Part shown: piece after piece, positions 23,860 through 36,612 of the stretch
Numbering within the stretch: position 1 is the stretch's first letter
How the letters are laid out: each line of letters opens with the position of its first letter
Assembly (NCBI RefSeq): GCF_038025025.1
Contig: NW_027117344.1
Location: 1,488,001-1,552,000 of the forward strand
Direction: 5' to 3'
Source: Phyllosticta citribraziliensis
Taxonomy: Eukaryota
DNA length: 64,000 nucleotides
Position numbers and translations under genes: made by a program
Notes under the pieces: generated by a model
What the model saw: only the letters and a program-made list of their open reading frames with translations
Told to the model about the DNA's origin: nothing
The model's database searches: none

Positions 23860-26150
23860 GCTGATACACTCACACTATCGAAAAGACACAATATTGAATA
23901 CAAGAAGCACGCACCACCAGCGCGGCCATCATTCCAAGCCAGTAGCCATGGATGCGTCACAAGCCAACCAATGTCTCTCACGATACCAGCCAGCCCTACC
24001 CGGCTAGCTCAGCCCAGCAAGCTGCAAACCAACCTAAGCCCGAGCCATCAAGCACAAAAACAAGGCCTTGCAAGCGAGCTTGTAGCCAGCAAGACAGACG
24101 CGCGCTGGCAAACAAGCGTACTCCAAGCACTGCGTCTGTCTGTCGAGTGGTTGGTCGGCTCCAGGTGGAATACGGACGCGGGCAGCGCCTCCGCTCCAGA
24201 AAGAGACTGGTCATGCTTCCAGAAAAGACAGCACCGCGTGCCAAAGAAGCGTCAATGTCTCAGATGGAATACGGGCAGGCGCCGCCGTATCGGGGGGGGA
24301 TACTTCTAGAAGACTGCGTGGAAGGAGAAGAGGAAGAAAAAGGAAGACGGCGGTGTGCAGATACGAGTAGTGACATGGGCAGGGCCCGTCGACTGCGACT
24401 GGTTTGGGGAATTTTCTGGAAGCGTTCCTTGGTCGATTGGCTGGTACGGAAGGAAGTTTGTGGAGGGACGCGTGGGCCCTGGTTTGTGGCTCTGCCTTGC
24501 TTTGCGGTGCGAGATCGATGGGTGGATGTCGTATCGTGATGAGGAGTTTGTGGCCTCAGGCGGCAGACAGGTGTATTTTGGAATATGTGTTTTAGGCTAT
24601 TGCAACTGGCGACGGCTGGTGATACACAACAAAGAAATTGCATCGACGACAGTCGAGCACGCCCGCCTGGGGAGCTCGCAAACACACGTGAGTGTAGTTT
24701 ATTCCTGAGCGCACAAGTGTTTGTCTTGAAGCCACCAATTTCCTCATGAACGCAGGAAGAAACGATATCCAATTGCCGTGGTCAGAACCTGTCCGACTCG
24801 TGGACTTTTCGCAGAAAGACTTCCAATATTTGCTCGAGTTCCCCATTTCTCGTTTGCCAAACACAAACGGCATCGCGAGTATGAGCGAATAAGAAGGCAA
24901 CCTTACATCCGGCAAAAAAGGAGAGACATCACATCATCATCGCGCGTATGCGCCCTCACCACAAAGACACAAACTTCCCCGCATTCCCTGCCATGTCTTG
25001 CCTTGCCTGCCCTACCCGCAGACAGACAGGCACGACACACAAAAAAGTCTCAAGAGGAAAATTGGCGAGCGGGCGTGAAAGAAGAACCGCAAAAGCATAC
25101 GCATGCGCAGACACAAGCACCCCGGACGGCGCCGTCAAACTAAAGGAAATGAGACGTTGAGCCCATCGCGGCAGGGCGCTAGCCACAAGAGGGGAAATTG
25201 CAGCTTCATACGTCTCAAGCGAACTCTGTGGGCGAGCTTAAGCGCGACGTCTGCGCTTCTGAGCCCCGGCTGCCGGTGAGGCAAGAAGGGGGAGAGCGAG
25301 CAAGAAGCTTTGGGCGACACGAGCGAATGCGCGCGTTACGAGGGGAGAAGAGGAACCCATGGAAATCTTCTTATCTTGCTCGGGTTCAGTAGGTAACGCG
25401 TGGCGGATCTGCTTAAGCAGATGAGGGCATGCTGCGGGTGTGTGTGATTGGAGCGGCTAAGGGCAATAGATGGACGGGTCCGAGATGCGAACGGCTTTCT
25501 CCTGTTGGCCGGTCGCGAGCATGTTCGCGTTTGACGACTTTGAGCCGGACGCGGGGGCGGGCGGACCTCAGGGTCGCCTTGGGGTAAGCATAACATCTTG
25601 GGTTATTTTGAGAACGGCACTTATGGCGGTCGTGCTGTCTTCTTGCCGGACCGCTTCTACATGCCGTTCTCTTGCATGTCTCCAAACATCTGTCGTCTGG
25701 TTGAAGATGGGTGGCAGTAAAGCACTTGTGTCGGTCACTGGGATGTAGACCACCTGAGTAGGGAATGCCATTCAGGCCCCTCGTCGCGGAAAAGATGGTG
25801 TCTGTCGAAGGTAGCGTAGAATCATGGAAGCAGCTTCGGTGGATCTTTCAGACGACATGATTGGCCCGTGGTGAGAATTCCAACTCTATGGGGCTGCTAG
25901 GGTTTAGGCTATACTTAGGTGGGCGTGGCAGTCGTCTTGAACTTCACGTACAGGCAAACCCCCGGATGGACTTTTTCTTAAAATCATGCGCTCCAATAGC
26001 GAAAGTGGTGCAATCAGGGCAATGGGGTAAACTTCCGCCAGTGCGAGTAAGCTCATGGAGGATACCTTAGTTCGGACGACACATCCCTAGTCCGTCCGGC
26101 TGTTTGGCGTAAACGTCGGCATCTGCGGAAGGCCAAGTCCCTGGCAGACA
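23860..26150 (-). ncRNA. Candidate telomerase RNA (tentative; ends approximate)
   Basis: Minus-strand CCUAAACCCUA (25908-25898) is 1.5 copies of the TTTAGGG complement, with an abutting 6-bp helix. Also a pseudoknot-like GACUUUU/AAAAGUC pairing, a P6.1-like hairpin and downstream splice signals, all in a 4-kb region with no convincing CDS. Confidence 0.38.
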
Positions 26151-27831
26151 CGACGGCCAAGTCGTCAACGTTTCCGTCCGAGCCGAGTGGCCGTTCACTC
26201 AAGGACCAGGCCAGGCGGGCGCTGCCAACGGCGGCACGGTGTGGGTCGTCGGTGGCGCGGAGTGGCGCCTTCTGGCAGATCTGGGGTTATGCTCGTCCAT
26301 CCACCATGGTTCCTTTGGCTCGCAGCAGGCAAGCTCCGACTCTAAGCAAGACAACGAACAGCTGAGTGCTCATTGTATTGGCACTGCGGACACGGATACT
26401 TGCCGACGACAGATGTTGCCTTTGCTGACGCTGCTGTGCGACAGCGCTCGCAGCTGGGCGTGAGAGTCGACGTCGTCCTCGGGCGCAGTCCGAGTGCCGT
26501 TTGGAGTAGGTGCCGAAAAGGTTCCAGGGGGAGCGGACGAGTAGAGTAGACTCGATGCGTTTACCCTACCACGTCGGTGGCCTGCCGTACATCCAAGTCG
26601 ATGTGGAAGTTAGATAGGCTGAAAGCAGGCACTTGCCCTGGGGAGCAAAGGCGAGGCAAGCGTTGGAGCTTCTCACCAGCCTTGTTGGTCGCAGGGATTC
26701 GGTTTCGCCAAAAACCGACCAGGCACTCTCGAAGCTGACAGCTGCATGTGCCACATGCCGCCGGAGGTCGCTGGAAGGATGGGGCCACGTCGGTGTCCGT
26801 AAGGCGATGAGTGGTCGGGCTCTTTTTGCGTCCTACCGGACTGAATATTCGATGTTTTTTAGCGTGCAGCAGCGCTGTGCTCTTTTACACGCGGCAGGAT
26901 GCCTGCAAAAGGCGAGGGTGGTGAGTCGGGGCAGGACTGTTCCTCTCGACATGAGTGGCAGGGCTGAAGGAGCTCCGGGATGGCCGGTTCACGGCGAGCA
27001 GATCAACGAGCTCGGGGAGCCAGATCTCCAGCTGCAGAGGTCGGCGTGTCGATCGAGCCGCGGCGAATGACGAGCCTGAGAAGAATTTGGACGCCATGCG
27101 CCGTGAGCCGTAAGCCGGCGTCTATGTGCGCGGTCGAGGCAGACGGCGGCGCAGTGTCAGAGGAGGAGAGGGCAAGCATTGGCGTCGTGCACATGAAGCA
27201 AACTGGGAAGCGGCAGTGCCTATAATGTGGAACATAGCATGGCGACGAGAGGAGGTCGTGGTGTTGCGGGAGTCAGCGAGGGGGCTATTTTTGACCGACT
27301 AGGGCGGGGAGACTTCCTTGACCTCCGCTGAACAACCACCACCACACCACCCTCTCTCCGTCAGCACACCCAACCCTCATCCATGTCGCAACCGCATTCT
27401 CGCATTTTGCAGATGGACGCCAGAAGTCTGGTTCTCGTCCGCTCCGGGGACGTCCTTGTTGGCCTTGGCTCCCGCAGCCCGCGCCACTCGTCGGCCCTAT
27501 CCCATGCCCACGCCCACGCCCATGGAGACCGTGGAGAGCGTCCACCTCTGTATGTGCGACGTCGCTCCCGTTGCGTCTGACTGGGGCCAAAGCCCAAGGG
27601 CGCTGCAGTAACCCCGTCTACAAACCTAGACTTTCCGCCTGCTTCCTTTGCTTTTGACCCCATAAGTGCCGACTCCTCCTGCAACTCAGCCTCTCTGCTC
27701 ACCAACCTCGCTTCTGGTATGGTTTGCATGGCCCGCCGCGTCACTCGATTGCCAGCATATTCATCCTACACCACACCCTTGGTTCTCAGCCCCGAATAGA
27801 AACTGTTGCTTACCTGGTCCTGTTGGCAAAA

Positions 27832-30800
27832 ATGTACCCCGTCACCGAACAGACTGTAGCTGAAATAGCTCCCTGGCCCGAACCGCCGCCATGTCTTCAC
27901 AATTCCCCCAGTCGAACTCAATCCGTCAACAAGCCACCTTCTTCGACTTCCAGTTGGATTCTTGGGACGGGAATGCGTCGACGCCCTGAGTCTGTCTTCA
28001 GCCGCCGAGGCACGGCGACCCCAGTGGAGGAGGTTGCTCCGGTCAGCGCACGCTTCGTTGCGCCTGAAGCCCCGCGCAAATCTTCGAAGCGAAAGCCTGG
28101 ACGCCGCCGCTTCTCCATGGAAGATAGGAGTGGAACCATCCTCCACGCCGTCCCGAAAGCTCTCGCGGAAGATCTTTCTCCACGAGCCATGACTGCAGCC
28201 TTCATCAACCGCTGCATCGCGTCCCCTTCAAACAACCACTCTCGATCAACCTCGGAGGGGTCAAGCATGGATCTCCCCGAGCTAAGATCGGAGATTTATT
28301 CAATCATTGAGGAAACGACGCCTCCAGGAGAAGGCAATGAGAAAAAAGTACGCCAGTCCAATTCGTTTCCAATCGCGCCCTGTCTTCCAATCTCGCCCTT
28401 CTCCCCATCCGACACACCCAAGCACAATATCCTTGTCAAGAAGAAGAGGAAGGAGGCTAGGAAATGTGACGACCATCCGGAAGTCGGAGTTTGGCGGGAT
28501 GGGAAAGCTTACTGGGCATCTTCTCAGAGCTCAATCCCCATCGTTCACCGGCCCGAGGACGCTTTCATTGCAGAATTGGATTCCAGGCCTCTCTCTGCTC
28601 GTGATTCCCGGATTGATGACATCGACTCCGGTACACGCAGTAAGCGCCCCAGCATTCAAGTTGTGATTCCGGAGCAGCAAAGGTTCCCAAACTTTCATCT
28701 GCCAAACCCGTCAATGTCTCTGGCCCCCCCGGCGAATCCAGCTCCAACGTCAGCTCCGCAGCCTTCAGTGGCCGGGGACCTGATTTCCTCTAGGCCTGTG
28801 TCTCCTCACGTTGCGGCAAGGCATCCTCACGTTCACACGTCGATGTTTTCCTCGTTGTCCTCGCAGTCTTTGTTGATGAAAGCGTCGACCGAGGCGCATC
28901 CAGGTCAGCCGTGGGATCCCGTCGGATTCACAACACTGCATCAGTTTAGTTCGTCAGCTTCATCGGCATCAAATGGTTCGGCGCGCGACCGAGATGAGTT
29001 CTCTTCGAACTACAGCAACAGCAATCGAACATCTGTCACCAGCGTTGACGACAATGGCGAGCCTGCGCTGCGACCAAAATCTCAACTCTACACCGACGGG
29101 CGCACAGCAAGCCAAGCGTTCTCCGTCGGTTCCCCCATTGCCGCCGGTGTTTTTGACGAGACGACGCCCGTTTTTGTCGAACATGAGGGTTCTCCACGTC
29201 GATTGGCCAACGGCCGGGCTGCCGCACGACAAGAACAAGCTCGAATCCCGATGGCCCACCCTGGTCAGCCTTTCACTCCTCCCTCCATGAGAAAGGCTCA
29301 CGAGGGTGCCGCACGGCGATTGATGAGGAAGGCTTCAGCGAAGCAAAGATCATTTGTGCCTTTGACGCGACAGAACCTGGGAGCTGAAGCTGGTCCTTCT
29401 CGTATGGGTCCCCGCACGAAGCCGACGTCAAGCCCTACGCTTAGCGAAGCTGAGACTGCCTTGGAGGAGCACCTTTGCTGTCTGAGTCCAGCATCGCTCG
29501 ATGGTGGCGATTGGGAGAAGCCGGCGTTCCGCGAATCCCAGTTGCCTCCCCCGCCACGGAAATCTTCGAAGCGAAAGTTTGGACCAATGCGAGGTTCCGC
29601 TCGCACTGCCAGCCAGCCTGCACCACAAGTAAGCGATCACGCTTTTCATGGAGTTTATCGTGTTTCATCGTTCCGCGTTTCTCCCCTTGTGATTAGCAAG
29701 AACCGATATGCGTCTCGACAGTTTGGCTCTACTTTTTCAAAAACTAACGAACAAAAGCATCAGAATGGTCCTGGAAGAAACGATCGGTCTTCTGCTGTAC
29801 CTCGCGACATTCGTCCGGACGCCGCCGAAACTGTGCTCTGTGGCATCCTTGGCAGTTGTCATTCCCTCGATGACCTCTTTTCGCTCGCCTCGGTCAACCG
29901 TGGCTTCCATTATGTGTTCAAAAGACACGAGTTGGGACTTATGCAAGAGGTGCTTAGGAACGAGTCGCCTCCTGCGTGGGAGTTTCGTAAAGTCGCTCCC
30001 CCATATCCGCTTGAGCTTGGCACTCCGGACAGCTCTCTCCCTGAGCCTGATTACACCCCGGCTTCGTTCTACCGTCAGCACAAGCACGACAAGATCGTAA
30101 TTTCGGCGCTGAAATCCCTTGTCTTGACCAGGTGTCAATCCTTCCTTCGTCCCGAGACAGTGATGGCTCTGGCTATCGACAGCAACGAGCGGGCTCAACG
30201 CATGGACGACGCCTTTTGGCGTATCTGGACCTTTTGCAAACTCTTTGGTTGTGGCAAGAACCGCGAAGATGACATTGTGGCTCAGATTGACTGGCTTCGA
30301 GGAGGCCCCGCAGCTCATCAGACTGACGCCCGAGCAACGGTCTTTAGCGCGAACTCGATCGACCTCAGCAATGTGCTCACCAACGCCTCGGATCATTTTG
30401 CAAAGGGCAATCCGGACGGTCTGTCTGCTGAAGAGTTGTATGACATGACCGAGATTTGGACTTGCTTGGGAGTTTTGCTTTCGGGCTTGGAGGGACGGAC
30501 TGCTCAGGCTCGGGAGTACGGTGTTTTCGAGCTTACTGATATTAGAGGAGGAGACATCGATGGGGAAGAGCGGATGCTCGGTGAGTGTTTTCTCGAACTC
30601 CGACGAATTGGTCTGACTTGTGCTAGATGAGTGGATTTACTTTCTACTCACCCTCGGTCCCGACGTGGTTCTGTATCTGGCTTCACCATCCAACAACCCA
30701 GAACCCGACGCCTTCCATGTGGCGAAAGAAAAAGGTTGGATTCAGTGGAGACCTCCTTTCCGTGATTCCACTCGCTGCACGTTCCTGAAAGAGGCTGTGT

Positions 30801-31639
30801 CCCGTGTGTACGAAGAAAAGATCGCAGTGATGGCGGCGGCCCACCCGCGCCACAACTTGGAAGTCAGACGCAACATGCGCGAACGTATCGCGCAACACAA
30901 GGCCGAGATCCACATGCGCAAGCGCAGCGGCCACTGCCCCCTGGTGCGCATGAGCATGGAACGTCCCATAAGCGACTGGGAAGGTGTGTTCCGCAGCCTT
31001 GGGGAGCCTCAGCGAACTGCCTCTTTATGCAGTGGCCGCAGTGCTGCTCGCTACGCTCCTCTTCCTCCAATGCCTGAGCTCCCCGCCATGGAGGAAAATG
31101 AGATTCGCGCAACGCTCCACACCCGCAGCATCAGTGCGCCACAGCCGCAGAGCCAAATGGCAAGTACGTACACGGCGTCTCCTGTGGCCCGCCACACCGC
31201 TCGTAGCAGCATTGGAGGGCCTCTCTCATCTCCTGTTTCGACATTTACTCAACATGAGTCGCGCTCTCCGCTCAACACAGCTCATCCAATGGCGAACCAA
31301 TCCAACACCAGCATTGCCACAGTCTCCTCTGTCTCAACTCCTGGGTCTTTCATGTCAGCCCCGACGCTGTTTACTGAGCCTCCATCAGGCATGGCGACGT
31401 GGGCAGAAAATCGCCACAGCGCCACTCTCCAACATCCGAAGCAGTTTGAGTTCGCCCCGTCAAGCGGAATGAACAACGTCGTCAGCGACCCAGCCCAGAA
31501 CTCGAGCGAGAAGGCCATCTTCCGGCTTGTGGAAATGGGCTTTACGTCCGAGCAAGCAAAGTACGCGCTCATGAAGACTGACCTTGGAGACGGGTTGCGG
31601 TTGGATCGGGCGGTTGAGTTGTTGCTGCGGAGCGGTTGA
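27832..31639 (+). CDS. Large Ser/Pro-rich protein with F-box-like central segment and C-terminal UBA domain
   Basis: Two long ORFs join via intron 30581-30626 (GTGAGT..CTGAC..TAG). C-terminal UBA motif AIFRLVEMGFTSEQAKYAL..DRAVELLL; AETVLCGILGSCHSLDDLFSLASVNRGF resembles an F-box. Confidence 0.8.
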
Positions 31640-32188
31640 GATTGGATTGAAGATGTGTCGGAACTTGGTACTTTTTTTTCTTTCGTCATTGATACCCTCG
31701 ATAACTGGGGCGGACATTTTGGTCGTTGACTGTTGGCGTACTTGGTCTCTACTCTTCATGCGAAACAAGCTGGCCTTTGGAATTGGGAATGATTGTTTGG
31801 TCTGTTGAGAGCTACTTCACCCTCCTTTGGCAAACATTTCCTTGGTTCGAGACCTTGATTGAGTTTGTTGAGTCCATTTTTGTGAGACATAGTGAATCAA
31901 TTCCGTGAATCCATTTAGAGGACCGCCATGATAATGCGGAAGATGATGCATTGTGCCCGAGGAAGAAACCAGGCACCGCCGGCGGCATGGTTGATAGATA
32001 TCACGTGCTGCAACGCACGGTTGCAGTTGGGCCAGATGACGTTCGGTCTGGAAGTTTGGTAGGGCTGCAGAAGAAGAAGCTCCAAGCCGCCATCGCGTTT
32101 TTCCTCTGCCTTCTCAACCACTCCCGTCCACGCTTCAATTGACCGCGAGCCCGCCAGTCTCGACTGTGTGGCCGATGTGTGTGCAAGC

Positions 32189-34124
32189 ATGCATCCACCG
32201 TCGCTCCGCCATGCGGCTCCTTCACCGTCACTTCTCAAGTTTTTGAGAGCGCAAGCCGCGCCTTCGTCCGCTCTTCTCTCGCCTCGCTGCTGCGCCAAAC
32301 TTTCCACCCGACGCGACGCCTTCTTTTCAACCACGACCCGCGCTCCCTCGACTCTGAACGCATGCGTGTTGCAACTATCTGCACCCAGCTGCTCCGCTGC
32401 CGCGCTTCTCACGCCGTCAATATCTTTCCACCAAGGTGGATGTTACTCGCGCCAGTCCCACGCCCGCCTTTGGTCCTTTCAAACATCGCGCAGAACATTT
32501 AGCAATACAAACCCTGCGCGCTCTTGGTGCGACTTTCCATGGTCAAAAAAACGCAAGGCAACATACGGTCGATTGCAGCCGGACGACCTGCCACAACGCA
32601 AGGATGGCTTCGCTCCAGATGAGACTGGCAACATGGCGCGCGTATTGCGGCCCATTAACGAGCCTCGACTGCGATGCACTGAATTTGATGAGAATGGAAA
32701 CGTCACTTTGGTGAATGGCGAGTTTAGGAAAAGCGAGCTCATCGCAAAGGTAACGCTTCAGCTTTTCTTGATCGCGAGTTGGGAGATCCTTCGCTGATTT
32801 GTCCGCTAAAGTACGGTCTTCTTCCGCGCGACCTCCGCAAAATCGACTCTGCAATGCTCCCACATATTCTCGTCCGGCCTTCCGCCATTCTCCTAAACCT
32901 TCTCCATCTGCGCGTCCTGATCAAGCACAATCGCGTTCTCGTGTTCGACGCATACGGTACCACAAATTCATATACCCAGTCCATCTTCATGTACGATTTG
33001 GAGGGCAGACTCAGGCAAAAGGATATGCGGCAGAACGGACACTTGCCCTACGAATTTCGTGCTCTCGAGGCTGTCCTTCTCAGCGTCACGTCAGGCCTAG
33101 AGAGTGAGTTTGAAGGCGTCCGCGAGCCTGTCGTCCGTGTACTTCGGGAACTCGAGGAAGACATTGATCGGGACAAGCTCCGCTACCTCTTGATTTACTC
33201 CAAAAAGCTGGGCTCCTTCGAGCAACAGGCCCGACTCGTCAGAGATGCTCTCGAGGAGTTGCTAGAAGCGGATGACGACCTCTCAGCAATGTACCTGTCG
33301 GAGAAAGCCACGGGCGCTCTTAGGCATGAGCACGAGCACACTGAGGTCGAAATGCTCCTGGAATCCTACCACAAGGTCTCTGATGAAATTGTCCAAGCAG
33401 CCGAAAACTTGGTGTCCAACATCCGCAACACGGAAGAAATGTAAGTCCTCCTGACATGGGGCAATGTATGTGTATCCTAACAGAACGCAGCGTCAAAGCC
33501 ATTCTCGATGCGAACCGAAACTCGCTCATGCTTTTGGACCTGAAATTCGCCGTTTGGACGCTTGGCCTGGCAGCAGGCACCTTTATTGCGGCGCTTTACG
33601 GCATGAATCTGAAAAACTTCATCGAGGAGTCTGACGCAGGCTTCTGGGGCGTTAGCATTGCATGCGCCGTCTTTACCATCATCACCACCACCTTCGGTCT
33701 CGGCAAGCTTCGTCGCGTCCAGCGCGTCTCCATGTGGGGCGAACACGGCATGCGCAATGCATCAAAGGGCTCGTGGCGAGACATTGGGGAAGTCGGATCT
33801 GCCCTCCTCGCTCCAAAGAACCCACGCGTGCCACCAGTGGGTGTCGGTGCAGCAATTCCACCTTCACCGCCTTTGAACAACCCGGCAGCGGATAATCGCA
33901 GGGAGAAGTTGAGGCGAATTAGAGATGCACATGCGGCACAGGCGCAAGGCGTGTATGCGGAAGTGCAGGCGGCAAGGAGAGCAGGCCTGCTGAAGGACAA
34001 GACACGTTCGCTTGGTGATGAAGAAGCACTTAAGCAAGCCGACGCTGCGGAGACGTCTCAATCCGACGAAAATGCCCAAGAGTCGTCGACCAAGCCACCG
34101 TCGGACGGCAAGGGCCCGACATAG
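32189..34124 (+). CDS. MRS2: Mitochondrial inner-membrane Mg2+ transporter, MRS2/LPE10 (CorA family)
   Basis: GLLPRDLRKID, LPYEFRALE, EVEMLLESY, LDANRNSLM and GMN motif (YGMNL) followed by TM helices. Basic presequence. Introns 32750-32811 and 33441-33490. Confidence 0.92.
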
Positions 34125-34669
34125 ATTTCCAAAAAAGAAAAGCAGCATGGTATGGGAAACGGAGTAGGGAAAACTCTCAGCTCGACTACATGTACAGGCA
34201 GTTCCCTTTGTTTCGCGCGAGCTCGCCCCTCTCTACGAAGAAAGTTATGTCTCGATGGAATGTTCAGACACGATATAGACCAGGCTGGTTGGATGGGATT
34301 TGCATAGCGCTGGAGTTCAGGGATGGATGGCAGGATGTCTAGTGGGCTAGGTTGTTTGATTTCTCCTGTAGATATACCAATACATGGACATGTAATAGAT
34401 CACAATGAGTGCCTGTCAATTGTGATTTTTGAAGAGGGTGTTTTTCCACAAATGGTCGAGCATTTGTTTTGTTTCTTAGTAAGCCTCGCTTGCAGATGCC
34501 CATCTGAAGACCCTCGCGCGATCCTCCGGCTGCACCTACCAGCTCCATTCCTCCACCAACAAACCTCTTGCGTTGACCTTGCACAACAGCACCACACATT
34601 GGAACAAAGTCACCTGTCGTGAAACCTCCCTCCTTCTCGCATGGTGGCACAGCTCAGCTTTCCATCAAA

Positions 34670-35890
34670 ATGGAGCTCACACCCATCAAGGTGAGGGGCA
34701 AAAGGAAGAAGCCCATGCCGAAACTTCTAAGCCGCGGCCGACCTTTGAAGAGCCAAGCGAACTCATCAGCGTCTACCACCGACGTCGAAGGAGACAACAA
34801 CGCCACCATCCCCAGGAAACGCAGGAAGACCCGGCATGCACGACGGTTGGCGCCCCTCGAAAGTCTGCCCGCCGAGATTCTGCAGAACATTTTCTGGCAC
34901 AGCCGCAATGCCGACCTCATGTTCGCCAGCAAGGCGGTGATGCAGAAGCTGGAGAAGAGCGAGCACGTCAAGCTTGAGTTCGTCTTTAGCACCTTATTCT
35001 GGCCCATCATCAATGGCGAGGTCGATCCGGATATCAATAGTCGACCTGACATGAGGCACGCTTCCGCAGACGAGGATGATGACCTCAGTTCGGAGAGCTC
35101 GCTCTTGGCACACGCGCAGTCGCGATTGCTCTCTTGCCGTTTCTTTACCGAGCAGTGGTTTCATCGGTACATACTGAAGGCCTACGACAAGTGGAACACC
35201 TTGCACGCCGCCTCTCAGCCCGACCGAGTCGTGAAGAAGATATATGAACCCTGCTGGGGAGAACGATCCCTTTTACTTGAACGTCCCGAACCAACTTTTA
35301 GGTGGATTACTCAACGACCAGACTTGCTCCCCGACGAGTTGAGGGGTTACTACCCAAGAAGAACAGAAGAAGAAAAGGCTCAACGCGACCGCTTGGCTCC
35401 CTTAGCCCTTCATCCCGCCGCGTCAATGCCGCTCAAATTCTTCCGTCCGTCCAGATATTTTCCAAGGACAGCGGATGCCATAGAGACAAGACCAGATGGT
35501 AGTCGCTTCCTGGCAGACTTTTACGATATCCTTGGCTTTCTCTACTATGGTTTGCGCCTCAGAATTCCAGTGCGCGGCGACGACTTCGACGACCTGGTGC
35601 GTGGCGCATTGCGCGGTGGAAGCGCCTACCTTTGCCAATTGCTGCTTTTCATGCGCATAGACGAAGTGGGAGTCACGCCGTTTCCAGCAGACCTTTTGCG
35701 CATTGCTGTGCTCGAGGATACTTGCACCAAGGATGTGATGGGTTTCATCCTGCGCGCAAAGGGAGCCAACGAGGTCTTTATCCAGGATATAGATCTTCTG
35801 GATCCAGCGATCTGGGCCTGGGCTGACAAGAATGGCGAGCAAGGCGAATGGTTGAAGGCTCAGTTGAGGAACGCGATGAATGACGACTGA
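34670..35890 (+). CDS. Hypothetical protein with F-box-like motif and basic NLS
   Basis: Single ~406-aa ORF with LAPLESLPAEILQNIFWHS and RKRRK. Confidence 0.7.
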   Translation: MELTPIKVRGKRKKPMPKLLSRGRPLKSQANSSASTTDVEGDNNATIPRKRRKTRHARRLAPLESLPAEILQNIFWHSRNADLMFASKAVMQKLEKSEHVKLEFVFSTLFWPIINGEVDPDINSRPDMRHASADEDDDLSSESSLLAHAQSRLLSCRFFTEQWFHRYILKAYDKWNTLHAASQPDRVVKKIYEPCWGERSLLLERPEPTFRWITQRPDLLPDELRGYYPRRTEEEKAQRDRLAPLALHPAASMPLKFFRPSRYFPRTADAIETRPDGSRFLADFYDILGFLYYGLRLRIPVRGDDFDDLVRGALRGGSAYLCQLLLFMRIDEVGVTPFPADLLRIAVLEDTCTKDVMGFILRAKGANEVFIQDIDLLDPAIWAWADKNGEQGEWLKAQLRNAMNDD

Positions 35891-36612
35891 AGAATTGCTG
35901 GAAACCACAGCAACGTGTTGCGATATCGACATTGGAAGGAGCCGCTACTGGCCCTTCTGCTGAGTCTGTAGTTGGACCATCAGCTCAAAATGCCCGACAT
36001 CAAAGTACCGGTCATTGGTGAGACTCTTCTATACTTTTCATGGATGATTCACTGATTGTCCGGATTCCAGGTGCAGCAGCTTCGTCCACCGAACAAAGGA
36101 ACAGCAAAACTTGTGTGGATCAAATGGCTCGGTCATGGAGACTGTGTGCCTGTTATTAACGAGTCGACTCTGGGCTATCATCGTCTCAGCAGCATTCCAG
36201 GGAGATCTGGCGCCGCGATACTCGAGATTCATTGTAGAGATATGAGCACAAAATACTCCACAAGGCCAGCTGGTGCATGGAGTAGCTTTCGCAAGCCCTA
36301 GATTAGAATAAGGGAGCGCTGTGCAGGACTGGAGATTCGGCATCGAAAAGCTCGACTTGTGGAGGGATCTTCAACCGATTCAGGACCCTTTGGACAGCGA
36401 CAACGGCCAGCAGTCCAACATCGCAGCTAATCCCAGGGCTCTAAACGAGAGTCGCTCATGGGTGTGGAATGATAGGTGACGGGGCAATGGGAGACAGACA
36501 AAGAGACAGGTGCGCCAAACGGCAGGTCCAGTACCTAATCAGACACATCAAGATGCGCGAACCGGGGAATATGCGTGAATGCTCCTCATCTTTTGCACTG
36601 GTCTGGAGTCCA

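Noticed and set aside
23044..24309. 421-aa Arg/Ser/Ala-rich ORF overlapping the MYND gene
   Set aside because: Alternative frame of the MYND CDS running into intergenic DNA, with composition typical of spurious GC-rich ORFs.
24536..24708. GTGATGA...CTGA pair suggesting a C/D snoRNA
   Set aside because: No recognisable rRNA guide next to the D box; treated as part of the larger structured region.
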